Origin: Pseudomonadota bacterium
GTDB lineage: Bacteria > Pseudomonadota > Alphaproteobacteria > Sphingomonadales > Sphingomonadaceae
Assembly (NCBI GenBank): GCA_020160755.1
Contig: JAIUPN010000009.1
Location: forward strand, 73,694-137,693
Direction of reading: 5' to 3'
DNA: 64,000 nt
Shown here: in pieces, positions 55,816 through 64,000 of the stretch
How the letters are laid out: every line of letters starts with the position of its first letter
Numbering within the stretch: position 1 is the first letter of the stretch
The notes under the pieces: generated by a model
What the model was told of the DNA's origin: nothing
Databases searched by the model: none
What the model saw: the letters and a program-made list of their open reading frames with translations, nothing else
Position numbers and translations under genes: made by a program

Positions 55816-56750
55816 GCAAGACACAGATCAAGCGCGGAAAGGCGCCGCCGCGCCGCCCCGCGCGCGCGCCGAAGAAGCGCAAGACGATCAAGACATCGCG
55901 CCTGAACGCGGTCATCAACGCGCTGCCGATCAGCCCGCAGCGGCTGCAAAGGCTAGCGAACTGGACGATCGGTCTCAGTCTGTTCGCGGTCGCCGGGATT
56001 GCCGCGCACGCGACCGGCGTGACCGCCAAGGTGCATGAGGAATATGCGCAGGCGGTCGGCCGCGCGGGTTTCCAGGTCAAGAAGGTCGAGGTCGTCGGCG
56101 CCGACCGCATCGACCGGCTGAAGGTCTATGACATCGCGCTCGCGCAGAAGGACCGCTCGATGGCGGCGGTCGATCTCGAGGATGTGCGCGGCGACCTGAT
56201 GCGTTACGGCTGGATCAAGGATGCGCGCGTGTCGCGGCGTTTGCCCGATACGCTCGTCGTCGATATCGTCGAGCGCACCCCGGCGGCGATCTGGCAGCAT
56301 AACAATCGCCTGTCGCTGATCGACGAAAAGGGCGTCGTGCTCGAACCCGTCACCGTCGCGACGATGCCCGACCTGCCGCTTGTTATCGGTCCGAAGGCGA
56401 ACCAGCGCTCGCAGGACCTCGACCGCCTGCTGACAGAGGCGAGCAGCCTCAAGGAATTGCTCGCGGGCGCGACGTGGGTCGGCAATCGCCGCTGGGACCT
56501 GCGTTTCCGCAGCGGCGAGACGCTCTCGCTTCCCGAAGGCGAGGCCGAGGCGAAGGCGGCGCTCGCCAAATTCGCGCATATGGACGGCGCCAACCGCTTG
56601 CTCGGTCGCGGCATATTGCGCTTCGACATGCGCGATCCCGCGCGCTTCGTGCTGCGCCTGCCGCACGAAGGGCAGGTGGCGCCCGCAAAGCTCGACGATG
56701 CGCGCGCCGCGGTCGATGCGGTCGCCGAAGCCTCGGCGGAGAAGGGGTAA
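55812..56750 (+). CDS. ftsQ: cell division protein FtsQ
   Basis: ATGA overlap. Basic N-terminus, a single TM (WTIGLSLFAVAGIAA), and a POTRA-like VKKVEVVGADRI. Confidence 0.88.
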   Translation: MSKTQIKRGKAPPRRPARAPKKRKTIKTSRLNAVINALPISPQRLQRLANWTIGLSLFAVAGIAAHATGVTAKVHEEYAQAVGRAGFQVKKVEVVGADRIDRLKVYDIALAQKDRSMAAVDLEDVRGDLMRYGWIKDARVSRRLPDTLVVDIVERTPAAIWQHNNRLSLIDEKGVVLEPVTVATMPDLPLVIGPKANQRSQDLDRLLTEASSLKELLAGATWVGNRRWDLRFRSGETLSLPEGEAEAKAALAKFAHMDGANRLLGRGILRFDMRDPARFVLRLPHEGQVAPAKLDDARAAVDAVAEASAEKG

Positions 56751-56753
56751 GCC

Positions 56754-58010
56754 ATGGCGCCGCCGCGCATCGAAAAGATCATTACCGCGCTCGATGTCGG
56801 GTCATGGAAAGTGTGCGCGCTGATCGCGGGGCAGACCGCCGACGGTCAGCTCCATGTGCTCGGGACCGGCCAGCGCGAAAGCCGCGGCGTCCAGCGCGGC
56901 TATGTCGCCGATATGGAGCAGACCGAACATATTGTGCGCGAAGCGATCGAGCAGGCCGAACGGATCGCCGGCCTGAACATCGACGACGTCTGGGTCGCCT
57001 TTTCGGCAGGCGGCCTGATCAGCGACGTCGCGCCGATCGAAAGCGAACTCGGCGGCCACCGGATCGAAAAGGAAGACGTCGACGATCTGCTCGCCGCGGG
57101 CCGTGCCGGCATCGATCCCGAAGGCCGCATGATCCTGCATGCGCAGCCCGCGCTCTACACGCTCGACGGGCTCAACGGCGTGAAGAACCCCATCGGGCTC
57201 CACGCCGACCGGCTGGGCGTCGATATCCACATCATCATGGCCGACGGCGCGCCGGTACGGAACCTCGAGGCCGCGGTGCGGCAGGCGCATCTCGACGTCA
57301 ACGCGGTCGTCGCTTCGCCGATCGCGGCGGGACTGGCCTGCCTGTCGGACGAGGAACGCGATCTCGGCGTCGCGCTCGTCGAACTCGGTGCGGCGGTTAC
57401 CACCGTTTCGCTCTACGCCGGCGGTATGCTCGTCGAGATGGCGTCGCTGCCCTTTGGCGCCAGCGACATCACCGACGACATTGCCTCGGCCTTCGGCATC
57501 CGTCGCAGTCAGGCGCAGCGGCTCCAGAGCTTTTACGGTTCGGCGTCGGCGAGCCCGCGCGACAATAACGAGATTATCGAGCTCGAGCCCGGTGCTCCGA
57601 CGAACGGCGATTCCCCTCGCATCACGCGCGCGCAATTGGTGTCGGTGATCCGTCAGCGGCTCGACGCGATGATGGGGGAGATCGGCCGGACGCTGAAGGA
57701 CCTCCATTTTGTCGGTCCGATCGGGCGCCAGGTCGTTCTCGTCGGCGGCGGTGCCGACCTGAAAGGCATCGCGGACTATACGCAAAGCGCGCTCGGCCGC
57801 GCGGCGCGTGTCGGACGGCCGCGCGGCTTGCACGGCTTGCCCGATGCGCATAGCGGCCCCGCTTTCGCGACGCTCGCGGGTCTGGTTCTCTATGCCGCGT
57901 CGGACCCGGTCGATCTTCGCGATCTGCCGATGATGGCGCAGGATGTATACAAGCCGGCCGGTACCTCGATCCTCCATCGGTTGATGGCCGCACTGAAAAG
58001 CAGTTTTTGA
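56754..58010 (+). CDS. ftsA: cell division protein FtsA
   Basis: Actin-like fold. ITALDVGSWKVCALI and VLVGGGADLKGI. 418 aa. Confidence 0.93.
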   Translation: MAPPRIEKIITALDVGSWKVCALIAGQTADGQLHVLGTGQRESRGVQRGYVADMEQTEHIVREAIEQAERIAGLNIDDVWVAFSAGGLISDVAPIESELGGHRIEKEDVDDLLAAGRAGIDPEGRMILHAQPALYTLDGLNGVKNPIGLHADRLGVDIHIIMADGAPVRNLEAAVRQAHLDVNAVVASPIAAGLACLSDEERDLGVALVELGAAVTTVSLYAGGMLVEMASLPFGASDITDDIASAFGIRRSQAQRLQSFYGSASASPRDNNEIIELEPGAPTNGDSPRITRAQLVSVIRQRLDAMMGEIGRTLKDLHFVGPIGRQVVLVGGGADLKGIADYTQSALGRAARVGRPRGLHGLPDAHSGPAFATLAGLVLYAASDPVDLRDLPMMAQDVYKPAGTSILHRLMAALKSSF

Positions 58011-58162
58011 ATGACACGCGACGAAAAGGTTAATTTTTTGGGTGATTCCCACGTCACAATAGTGCAATGCGGGTGCAGAAAACCGGGCGGACGGACTACC
58101 GCCCGGTCGGGTCGCAAGGTTGGGGAAGCGGCACCTGTCCGCCGCTGCAGGGAGACTATTTG

Positions 58163-59620
58163 ATGAGCATCAATATTGGCCCGCCGCAGGTCGACGAGCT
58201 GAAGCCGCGCATCGCGGTGATCGGCGTCGGCGGCGCGGGCGGCAATGCCATCGCAAACATGATCGCGGCACGTGTCGAGGGCGTCGATTTCGTCGTCGCC
58301 AACACCGACGCGCAGGCGCTGAACGCTTCGCCGGCCGAACGGCGCATCCAGCTGGGGACGCAGATCACCCAGGGGCTGGGCGCGGGTTCGCGGCCCGAGG
58401 TCGGCCGCGCGGCCGCCGAGGAAAGCATCGCGCAGGTCGAAGAGGCGCTGAACGGCGCGCATATGTGCTTCGTCGCGGCCGGCATGGGCGGCGGCACCGG
58501 CACCGGTGCGGCACCGGTGATCGCCAAGGCGGCGCGCGACCGCGGCATCCTGACCGTCGGCGTCGTGACCAAGCCTTTCACCTTCGAAGGTAACCGCCGG
58601 ATGCGTTCGGCCGAAGCCGGCATCGCCGAGCTTCAGGACCATGTCGACACGCTGATCGTCATTCCGAACCAGAATCTCTTCCTCGTCGCCAACCCGAACA
58701 CGACCTTCAAGGAAGCGTTCACGATGGCCGACGAAGTGCTCCAGCAGGGCGTGCGTGGGATCACCGACCTGATGGTCATGCCCGGCCTCATCAACCTCGA
58801 CTTCGCCGACGTGCGCAGCGTGATGCGCGAAATGGGCAAGGCGATGATGGGCACCGGCGAAGCCGAAGGCGACGGCCGTGCGCTCGAAGCGGCGCAAAAG
58901 GCGATCGCCAACCCGTTGCTCGACGGCGTATCGATGGCGGGCGCGAAGGGCGTCATCATCTCGATCACCGGCGGCGAGGACATGCGCCTGATGGAAGTCG
59001 ACGAAGCTGCGAACCATATTCGCGAGCTGGTCGACCCCGACGCCAACATCATCTGGGGCAGCGCGTTCAACGACAATCTCGACGGCAAGATCCGCGTGTC
59101 GGTGGTCGCCACCGGCATCGACGGCAGCGGCGAAGCGGCAGCACCGGCATCGCCCGCGGCGCGTAGCTTCTCCTTCGCCCCCGCGCGTGCGGCAGCGCCC
59201 GCGCCGGTGGCCGAAGAGGTCGTCGCGCCTGTGGTCGAGGAAGAGCCTTTCGTGGCAGCTCCGGCGCCCGAAAGCCATGATCCGGCTCCCGGCTTCTCGC
59301 TGGGCGATGCCGCCGAGCCCGAAGCTCCGGTTGCCGGGGAAGAGCCGATGGAATTGTCGCAGGTCGCCGCGACCTATGACGATACGGCCGACGAACTCGT
59401 GCTCGGCGCACCCGAAGCGCCGGTCGCCGATTATCGCTCGGCACCCGTCGCTGAGCCCGCGCCGGCCGACGAATCGCCTGCGCGCTCGGTTGGCGGCGGC
59501 ACCCTGTTCGAACGCATGTCGCGGCTGTCGCGGGGCGCCTCTGCGCCTGAAAGCGATGACGGCGGCAAGGAAGACGGCGTGGATATCCCGCGCTTTCTGG
59601 GGCGCCAGAACAACCAGTAA
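58163..59620 (+). CDS. ftsZ: cell division GTPase FtsZ
   Basis: ATG 58163 (GGGAGA upstream). [13 protein letters not shown] and the tubulin signature [11 protein letters not shown]. Long Ala/Pro/Glu linker and a C-terminal peptide [12 protein letters not shown]. Confidence 0.97.
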   Translation: MSINIGPPQVDELKPRIAVIGVGGAGGNAIANMIAARVEGVDFVVANTDAQALNASPAERRIQLGTQITQGLGAGSRPEVGRAAAEESIAQVEEALNGAHMCFVAAGMGGGTGTGAAPVIAKAARDRGILTVGVVTKPFTFEGNRRMRSAEAGIAELQDHVDTLIVIPNQNLFLVANPNTTFKEAFTMADEVLQQGVRGITDLMVMPGLINLDFADVRSVMREMGKAMMGTGEAEGDGRALEAAQKAIANPLLDGVSMAGAKGVIISITGGEDMRLMEVDEAANHIRELVDPDANIIWGSAFNDNLDGKIRVSVVATGIDGSGEAAAPASPAARSFSFAPARAAAPAPVAEEVVAPVVEEEPFVAAPAPESHDPAPGFSLGDAAEPEAPVAGEEPMELSQVAATYDDTADELVLGAPEAPVADYRSAPVAEPAPADESPARSVGGGTLFERMSRLSRGASAPESDDGGKEDGVDIPRFLGRQNNQ

Positions 59621-59679
59621 CAGGGTATCGAGCGGCCACCCGCCGGGCACGGCAGGCCGGGAATCGGGATGATTTGCCC

Positions 59680-61542
59680 ATGCGGCAAGCAAAAATGACG
59701 GCGAAGCCGGCGCGCGTGCGATATGTTGCCTGCGCGCTCGGCGCGCTGTTGCTCTCGGGCGCCGGGCTGGCGCCGGTGCACGCGATGCAGGCGACGCCGC
59801 CCGACGCGGCGACGAAGGCCGCGATGCAGAAACGGACCGCAGCGCGAACATTGCTGTCGTCGTCGCTCGCGCGGATCGCATCGAACAACAGCGACACCGC
59901 TGCGCTGCTCGATGCGGGCCGCGCGTCGATCGATCTGGAGGATTATCGCGCCGCGGTGGGTTTCCTTGTTCGCGCCGAACAGGCGAACCCGCGCGACGGC
60001 GCGGTCAAGGCGACGCTCGGGTCGGCGATGGTCCATATGGAGAACCCGACCCGAGCGCTCGACTATTTCGGCGAAGCGCAATTGCTTGGCGCATCCGAGC
60101 GACTGTTCCTGGCCGACCGCGGCCTCGCGCGCGACCTGCTCGGCCAGCAGGATGCGGCGCAGCGCGACTATCAGCTCGCCTTGTCGATTTCCCCCAACGA
60201 CGAACTGACGCGCCGCTACGCGCTGTCGCTCGGGATCAGCGGCGATGCCGACCGCGCGATCGCGATGCTGACGCCGCAACTGCGCGCGCAGGATCGCAGT
60301 GCATGGCGGCTGCGTGCGATGATCCTCGCGATGAACGGGCGCGATGGCGAAGCGACGGAGATCGTCAATGCAACGATGCCGCCCGCGATGGCGCAGAATA
60401 TCCTGCCCTATCTGACCCAGATGGACCGGCTCAATCCGGCGCAACAGGCGGCCGCGGCGCATTTTGGCCGCTTCCCGAACGGACAGCTCGGCCCGAAACG
60501 CAAGCCTGTGGAGGTTGCCGCCGCCGTGCCGCCACCGCCTCCGCCCGCGGCGACGGGCAAGCGTCCAGCAGCGAGCGGCAAGCGGCAGACGATCGCTTCG
60601 GCGACGCCCGCACCGGCCGCCGCTACGCGCAAGCCCGACCCGGCGCCGGTGGCCCGTCCGCCGGCCGCTGCCGCGAGCACAACCGCACCATCCGCAGCGA
60701 GGACGACCCCACCGCCTACCGCAGCCGCAGGCCCGCCGGTGCTCCAATCGCCATTCCGGCAGACGGTACTCACGGCGGCGGCGCCTCCGCCGACCCCGCC
60801 GCAACCCGAGCCGCCCGCTCCGGCTCCCGCGCCTGTCGCCGTGGCTTCGGCGACACCCGAACCGATCGGCGCGGCGGTCGACGCAAGCAAGGGACCGGTC
60901 GGGCCGGGCTTTTCGATCGCCGACATGGGCCGCTCGTCGCCCGCCGTTTCGACCCCCGCGCCGTCGCCTGACACGACCGCTCCCGTTCCGTCCGCTCCGT
61001 CGGCAGGAACTGTCGCCGCGGCTGCGCCTCCCGCCGTTTCCGCGGCCCCGCTCGCATCGCTCGCCGACATTGTGGGGTCGATCGAGATTCCGGCCGAGGA
61101 ACTGGCGCGGCCCGACAATGCGATCGGTGCCGACACGCTGGCGAAGCTCCTCGACGACAAGCGCAAGGCCGAGGCTGCCGAGGCCGCGAAGCGCGAGAAG
61201 GACGCCGCAGCGGCGAAGCTCAAGGCCGAAGCCGACGCCAAGGCGAAGGAAGAAGCTGCCGAGAAAAAGGCCAATCCGGCGCGCATCTGGGTACAGGTCG
61301 CGACCGGCGCCAATGCGAAAGCGCTCGCGACCGACTTCGGCAAGTTCGCAAAGAAAAGCCCCGCCGTCTTCAAGGGCAAAGCGGGCGCGACGACCGAGTG
61401 GGGCAAGACGCGGCGTCTGCTCGTCGGCCCGTTCAAGGATCGCAAGGCGGCCCAGGACTGGCTTGCCGATTACAAGAAGGCCGGCGGCGACGGCTTCCTC
61501 TTCAACAGCGAGGCGGGTCAGTCCGTCGATCCGGTCAAGTGA
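59680..61542 (+). CDS. TPR / proline-rich linker / SPOR-domain protein
   Basis: Signal/anchor segment VACALGALLLSGAGLAPVHA, TPR-like repeats, and about 190 aa of Pro/Ala-rich linker. Then a Lys/Ala/Glu coil and a C-terminal SPOR-like RIWVQVATGANAKALATDFGKFAKK...LLVGPFKDRKAAQDWLADYKKAGGDGFLF. The start is ATG 59680 or 59695. Confidence 0.8.
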   Translation: MRQAKMTAKPARVRYVACALGALLLSGAGLAPVHAMQATPPDAATKAAMQKRTAARTLLSSSLARIASNNSDTAALLDAGRASIDLEDYRAAVGFLVRAEQANPRDGAVKATLGSAMVHMENPTRALDYFGEAQLLGASERLFLADRGLARDLLGQQDAAQRDYQLALSISPNDELTRRYALSLGISGDADRAIAMLTPQLRAQDRSAWRLRAMILAMNGRDGEATEIVNATMPPAMAQNILPYLTQMDRLNPAQQAAAAHFGRFPNGQLGPKRKPVEVAAAVPPPPPPAATGKRPAASGKRQTIASATPAPAAATRKPDPAPVARPPAAAASTTAPSAARTTPPPTAAAGPPVLQSPFRQTVLTAAAPPPTPPQPEPPAPAPAPVAVASATPEPIGAAVDASKGPVGPGFSIADMGRSSPAVSTPAPSPDTTAPVPSAPSAGTVAAAAPPAVSAAPLASLADIVGSIEIPAEELARPDNAIGADTLAKLLDDKRKAEAAEAAKREKDAAAAKLKAEADAKAKEEAAEKKANPARIWVQVATGANAKALATDFGKFAKKSPAVFKGKAGATTEWGKTRRLLVGPFKDRKAAQDWLADYKKAGGDGFLFNSEAGQSVDPVK

Positions 61543-62711
61543 GCGTTTCCGACTGCGCCAGCCGGCCCGAAACCAGTCGCGGTCGGCGCTTTGAAGAGGT
61601 CGGCCGCGTCGTGCGCGGGCCGCGTGACGATTTCCAGCGCGACCGCGACCGCATCATTCATTCGATCGCCTTTCGCCGTCTGCGCCACAAGACGCAGGTG
61701 TTCGTCGCGCCCGACGGCGACCATTATCGCGTCCGGCTGACGCACAGTATCGAGGTCGCGCAGATCGGCCGCGGCATCGCGCGCGCGCTCGGGCTCAACG
61801 AGGATCTGACCGAGGCGCTGTGTCTTGCGCACGATATCGGTCATCCGCCCTTCGGCCATGCGGGCGAGGATGCGCTGAAAGCGGCGATGGCGGGGCATGG
61901 CGGCTTCGACCACAACGGCCATACGCTGCGCACGCTCGCACGGCTCGAATGTCCTTACCCGCGCTTCGACGGACTCAACCTCACGTGGGAAACGCTCGAA
62001 GGGCTCGCCAAGCATAACGGCCCGGTGACGAGCCCCGGCTGGGCGCTTGCCGAGATCGACGGCGATTTTGCGCTCGACCTTGCCAGCCACGCCAGTCTCG
62101 AGGCGCAGATCGCGGCGGTCGCCGACGATATTGCCTATGATAATCACGATATCGATGACGGGCTGCGCGCCGGGCTGCTCGACCTCGACCAGTTGATGGA
62201 GCAGCCTTTCGTCGCCGCCAACTTCCGCGCGGTCGAGGGGCGTTTTCCCGGCGCACCGCGCGACCGGCTGCTGCGCGAACTCGTCCGCGACCAGATCGGC
62301 GTGATGGTCAACGACGTGATCGCGGCGACCGCGGCCAATGTCGCCGAATCCGGCGTCGCGAGTGTCGAGGACGTGCGCGCCGCCGGCCGCGCGCTGGGCG
62401 GCTTTTCGGCCGGGCTCGCCGCCGAGGAACGCGAACTCAAGCGTTTCATGTACGCCAATCTTTACCATCACCCCGAACAGGTCGCTGCCGCCGAAGGGGC
62501 GAATCAGGTCGTCGGGCGGCTGTTCGCGGCCTACGCCGATGATCCGCGCCTGATGGGCGAAGACTGGTCCGCGCGCGTGCCGCAGGAAAATTGCGCGACA
62601 GTGCGTCATATCGGTGATTATATCGCCGGCATGACCGACCGCTTCGCCATCGACCGCTACGCCGATATCTTCGGCCGCGATGCCGTGCCTGACGCGCTGG
62701 CACATGCCTGA
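61539..62711 (+). CDS. dGTP triphosphohydrolase-like HD-domain protein
   Basis: GTG 61539 (GTGA overlap). FQRDRDRIIHSIAFRRLRHKTQVF and the HD motif LAHDIGHPPFGH. Confidence 0.88.
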   Translation: MSVSDCASRPETSRGRRFEEVGRVVRGPRDDFQRDRDRIIHSIAFRRLRHKTQVFVAPDGDHYRVRLTHSIEVAQIGRGIARALGLNEDLTEALCLAHDIGHPPFGHAGEDALKAAMAGHGGFDHNGHTLRTLARLECPYPRFDGLNLTWETLEGLAKHNGPVTSPGWALAEIDGDFALDLASHASLEAQIAAVADDIAYDNHDIDDGLRAGLLDLDQLMEQPFVAANFRAVEGRFPGAPRDRLLRELVRDQIGVMVNDVIAATAANVAESGVASVEDVRAAGRALGGFSAGLAAEERELKRFMYANLYHHPEQVAAAEGANQVVGRLFAAYADDPRLMGEDWSARVPQENCATVRHIGDYIAGMTDRFAIDRYADIFGRDAVPDALAHA

Positions 62712-63351
62712 CGTCTTGGTCATCGGCGCGACGGGGCTCGTCGGGCGCGCGGTGATCGACCATTTCGGCGCCACACCCGTCACCGTCCTTGCGCGCCGCG
62801 CGGTCGAGGGGCTGGCGCCGCATCACACCGCGCTGGTCGCACCTTCGGACCGCTGGGGCGACATCATCACCGCCGAAAGGCCCGCCGTCCTTATTTCCTG
62901 CCTTGGCACGACGATCCGGCAGGCGGGATCGCAGGCCGCCTTTCGCGCCGTCGATCACGATCTCGTCCTTGCCGCCGCGCGCGGGGGCAGGGCGGGAAGC
63001 ACGCCGCATATGATTTCGGTCAGCTCGGTCGGCGCTGCTGCAAAAAGCTCCAATTTCTACCTCCGCACCAAGGGCGAGACCGAAGACGATCTGCGCGCGC
63101 TCGGCTTCGACCGGCTCGACCTGATCCGCCCCGGCCTGCTGCGCGGCGACCGGCCGGGACCGCAGCGATTGGGCGAGGGGCTGGCGACGATCGCGGCGCC
63201 GCTGACCGACGCGCTGCTCCACGGATCGTTTCGCCGCTACCGCTCGATTTCGGGCGATACGGTCGCCGCGGCGATCGTCCGGCTTGCCAGGCAGGGTGGT
63301 TCAGGCGCGCATATCCACGAAAACGACGCGATCCGCGCGCTGGCCGATTGA
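62704..63351 (+). CDS. NAD(P)H-binding Rossmann-fold protein
   Basis: ATG 62704 (8-nt overlap with the upstream stop). MPDVLVIGATGLVGRAV and YLRTKGETE. Confidence 0.75.
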   Translation: MPDVLVIGATGLVGRAVIDHFGATPVTVLARRAVEGLAPHHTALVAPSDRWGDIITAERPAVLISCLGTTIRQAGSQAAFRAVDHDLVLAAARGGRAGSTPHMISVSSVGAAAKSSNFYLRTKGETEDDLRALGFDRLDLIRPGLLRGDRPGPQRLGEGLATIAAPLTDALLHGSFRRYRSISGDTVAAAIVRLARQGGSGAHIHENDAIRALAD

Positions 63352-63418
63352 CTCCGCAAAGGGGCAGCGCCAAGGCTCGCAGCGTCTGTCGGACCTCTCA
63401 CAAGAGATTCGACCGGCC

Positions 63419-63612
63419 GCGCGGGAGAGCGTGAGGGCAGGGCAACCGGCGCCTCACCACCGAAGGAGCAACCGCCCCGGAAACTCTCAGGTCAAACGGA
63501 CCGCGCAGGCTGGAACGGACACTCTGGAAAGCGTTCCGGCTGTCTGCTGGAACCACCGAAGGGGTAACTCCGTCATTTGATGGAGGAAAACTCTCAGGTT
63601 CCCGTGACAGAG
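63419..63612 (+). promoter_or_regulatory. tandem glycine riboswitch (two aptamers) upstream of gcvT
   Basis: Aptamer 1 (63419-63505): GGGAGAG...CACCGAAGGAGCAA...CTCTCAGGTCAAACGGACCGCG. Aptamer 2 (63522-63612): CTCTGGAAAG...CACCGAAGGGGTAA...CTCTCAGGTTCCCGTGACAGAG. Both match the conserved glycine-aptamer core elements. Confidence 0.9.
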
Positions 63613-63675
63613 GGGGCATGGCGACAAGGCGCGGCGATGGGCCGCGCATACGCCGTGCAACCGCGGGAGACTGGC

Positions 63676-64000
63676 ATGACCGACACGGAATTTACGGGCG
63701 ACGAAGCGGCCATCGAGACCGAGACGCTGCCGCTCGACGCCTGGCACCGCGCGAAGGGCGGCCGGATGGTCGAATTCGCCGGCTACTGGATGCCGATCCA
63801 GTATGAAGGCATCATGGCCGAACATCTGTGGGTCCGCGAAAATGCCGGCCTGTTCGACGTCAGCCATATGGGTCAGTTGGCGCTGTCGGGCGACGATGTC
63901 GCCGCGGCGCTCGAAGCGCTTGTTCCCGGCGACATCTCGGCGCTCAAGCCCGGCCGGATGCGCTATTCGCTGCTGCTGGGCGAAGACGGCGGAATCCTCG
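63676..64000 (+). CDS. gcvT: glycine cleavage system aminomethyltransferase T (5' part; runs off the window end)
   Basis: ATG 63676 (GGGAGA upstream). MTDTEFTGDEAAIETETLPLDAWHRAKGGRMVEFAGYWMPIQYEGIMAEHLWVRENAGLFDVSHMGQL. Confidence 0.9.
   Translation, partial: MTDTEFTGDEAAIETETLPLDAWHRAKGGRMVEFAGYWMPIQYEGIMAEHLWVRENAGLFDVSHMGQLALSGDDVAAALEALVPGDISALKPGRMRYSLLLGEDGGIL

Noticed and set aside
58030-58050. A CtrA box (TTAA-N7-TTAA) or DnaA box at the ftsZ promoter.
   Set aside because: Only one TTAA half-site is present (GGTTAATTTTTTGGG). The DnaA-like match (GATTCCCAC) is partial.
1-64000. Mobile elements, integrases, CRISPR arrays, toxin-antitoxin or defence systems.
   Set aside because: No transposase, integrase, Cas or restriction-like translations appear in the ORF track. 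No spaced short repeats are visible. The only repeats found are short regulatory-type repeats.

Overview
High-GC (about two-thirds G+C by eye) alphaproteobacterial chromosome segment. Gene content and order look Sphingomonadaceae-like, but that is an inference with no search behind it. There are three blocks. (1) 1-19.1 kb is an almost entirely co-directional exosortase A (XrtA)/PEP-CTERM-type exopolysaccharide locus. It encodes a Wza-like export lipoprotein, chain-length determinant, tyrosine-autokinase-like ATPase, outer-membrane beta-barrel, ExeA-like AAA ATPase, NodB deacetylase, FemAB-like protein, GT4 glycosyltransferase, XrtA fused to EpsI, and an AsnB-like amidotransferase. On its left is a divergent ACP/GNAT | acyl-CoA ligase/PLP-decarboxylase module. 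On its right is a translationally coupled GNAT + JmjC-type oxygenase pair. (2) 19.1-41 kb is a housekeeping and uptake mix: infA-maf-RNase E/G-like-yacG, tRNA-Phe, three TonB-dependent receptors (one with a His-rich loop), folE, and a PiuC-like hydroxylase coupled to a P-loop protein. It also holds rpsF-rpsR-rplI, a Mur-ligase paralog divergent from an LD-carboxypeptidase, fabD-fabG, and cysK with two membrane proteins. (3) 41.2-59.6 kb is a complete, tightly overlapped dcw cluster (mraZ to ftsZ). It is followed by a TPR/Pro-rich/SPOR protein, a dGTPase-like protein, an NAD(P)-binding protein, a tandem glycine riboswitch and the start of gcvT. I saw no IS elements, integrases, CRISPR arrays or recognisable defence genes. 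The least-understood parts are the two accessory enzyme modules flanking the XrtA core. Also of interest are several cis-elements: 10-nt periodic repeats and a GANTC cluster upstream of mraZ, an AT-rich operator-like site at the His-rich receptor, and direct repeats upstream of the export operon. All calls come from reading the sequence and the supplied ORF track. No database search, HMM or folding program was run.
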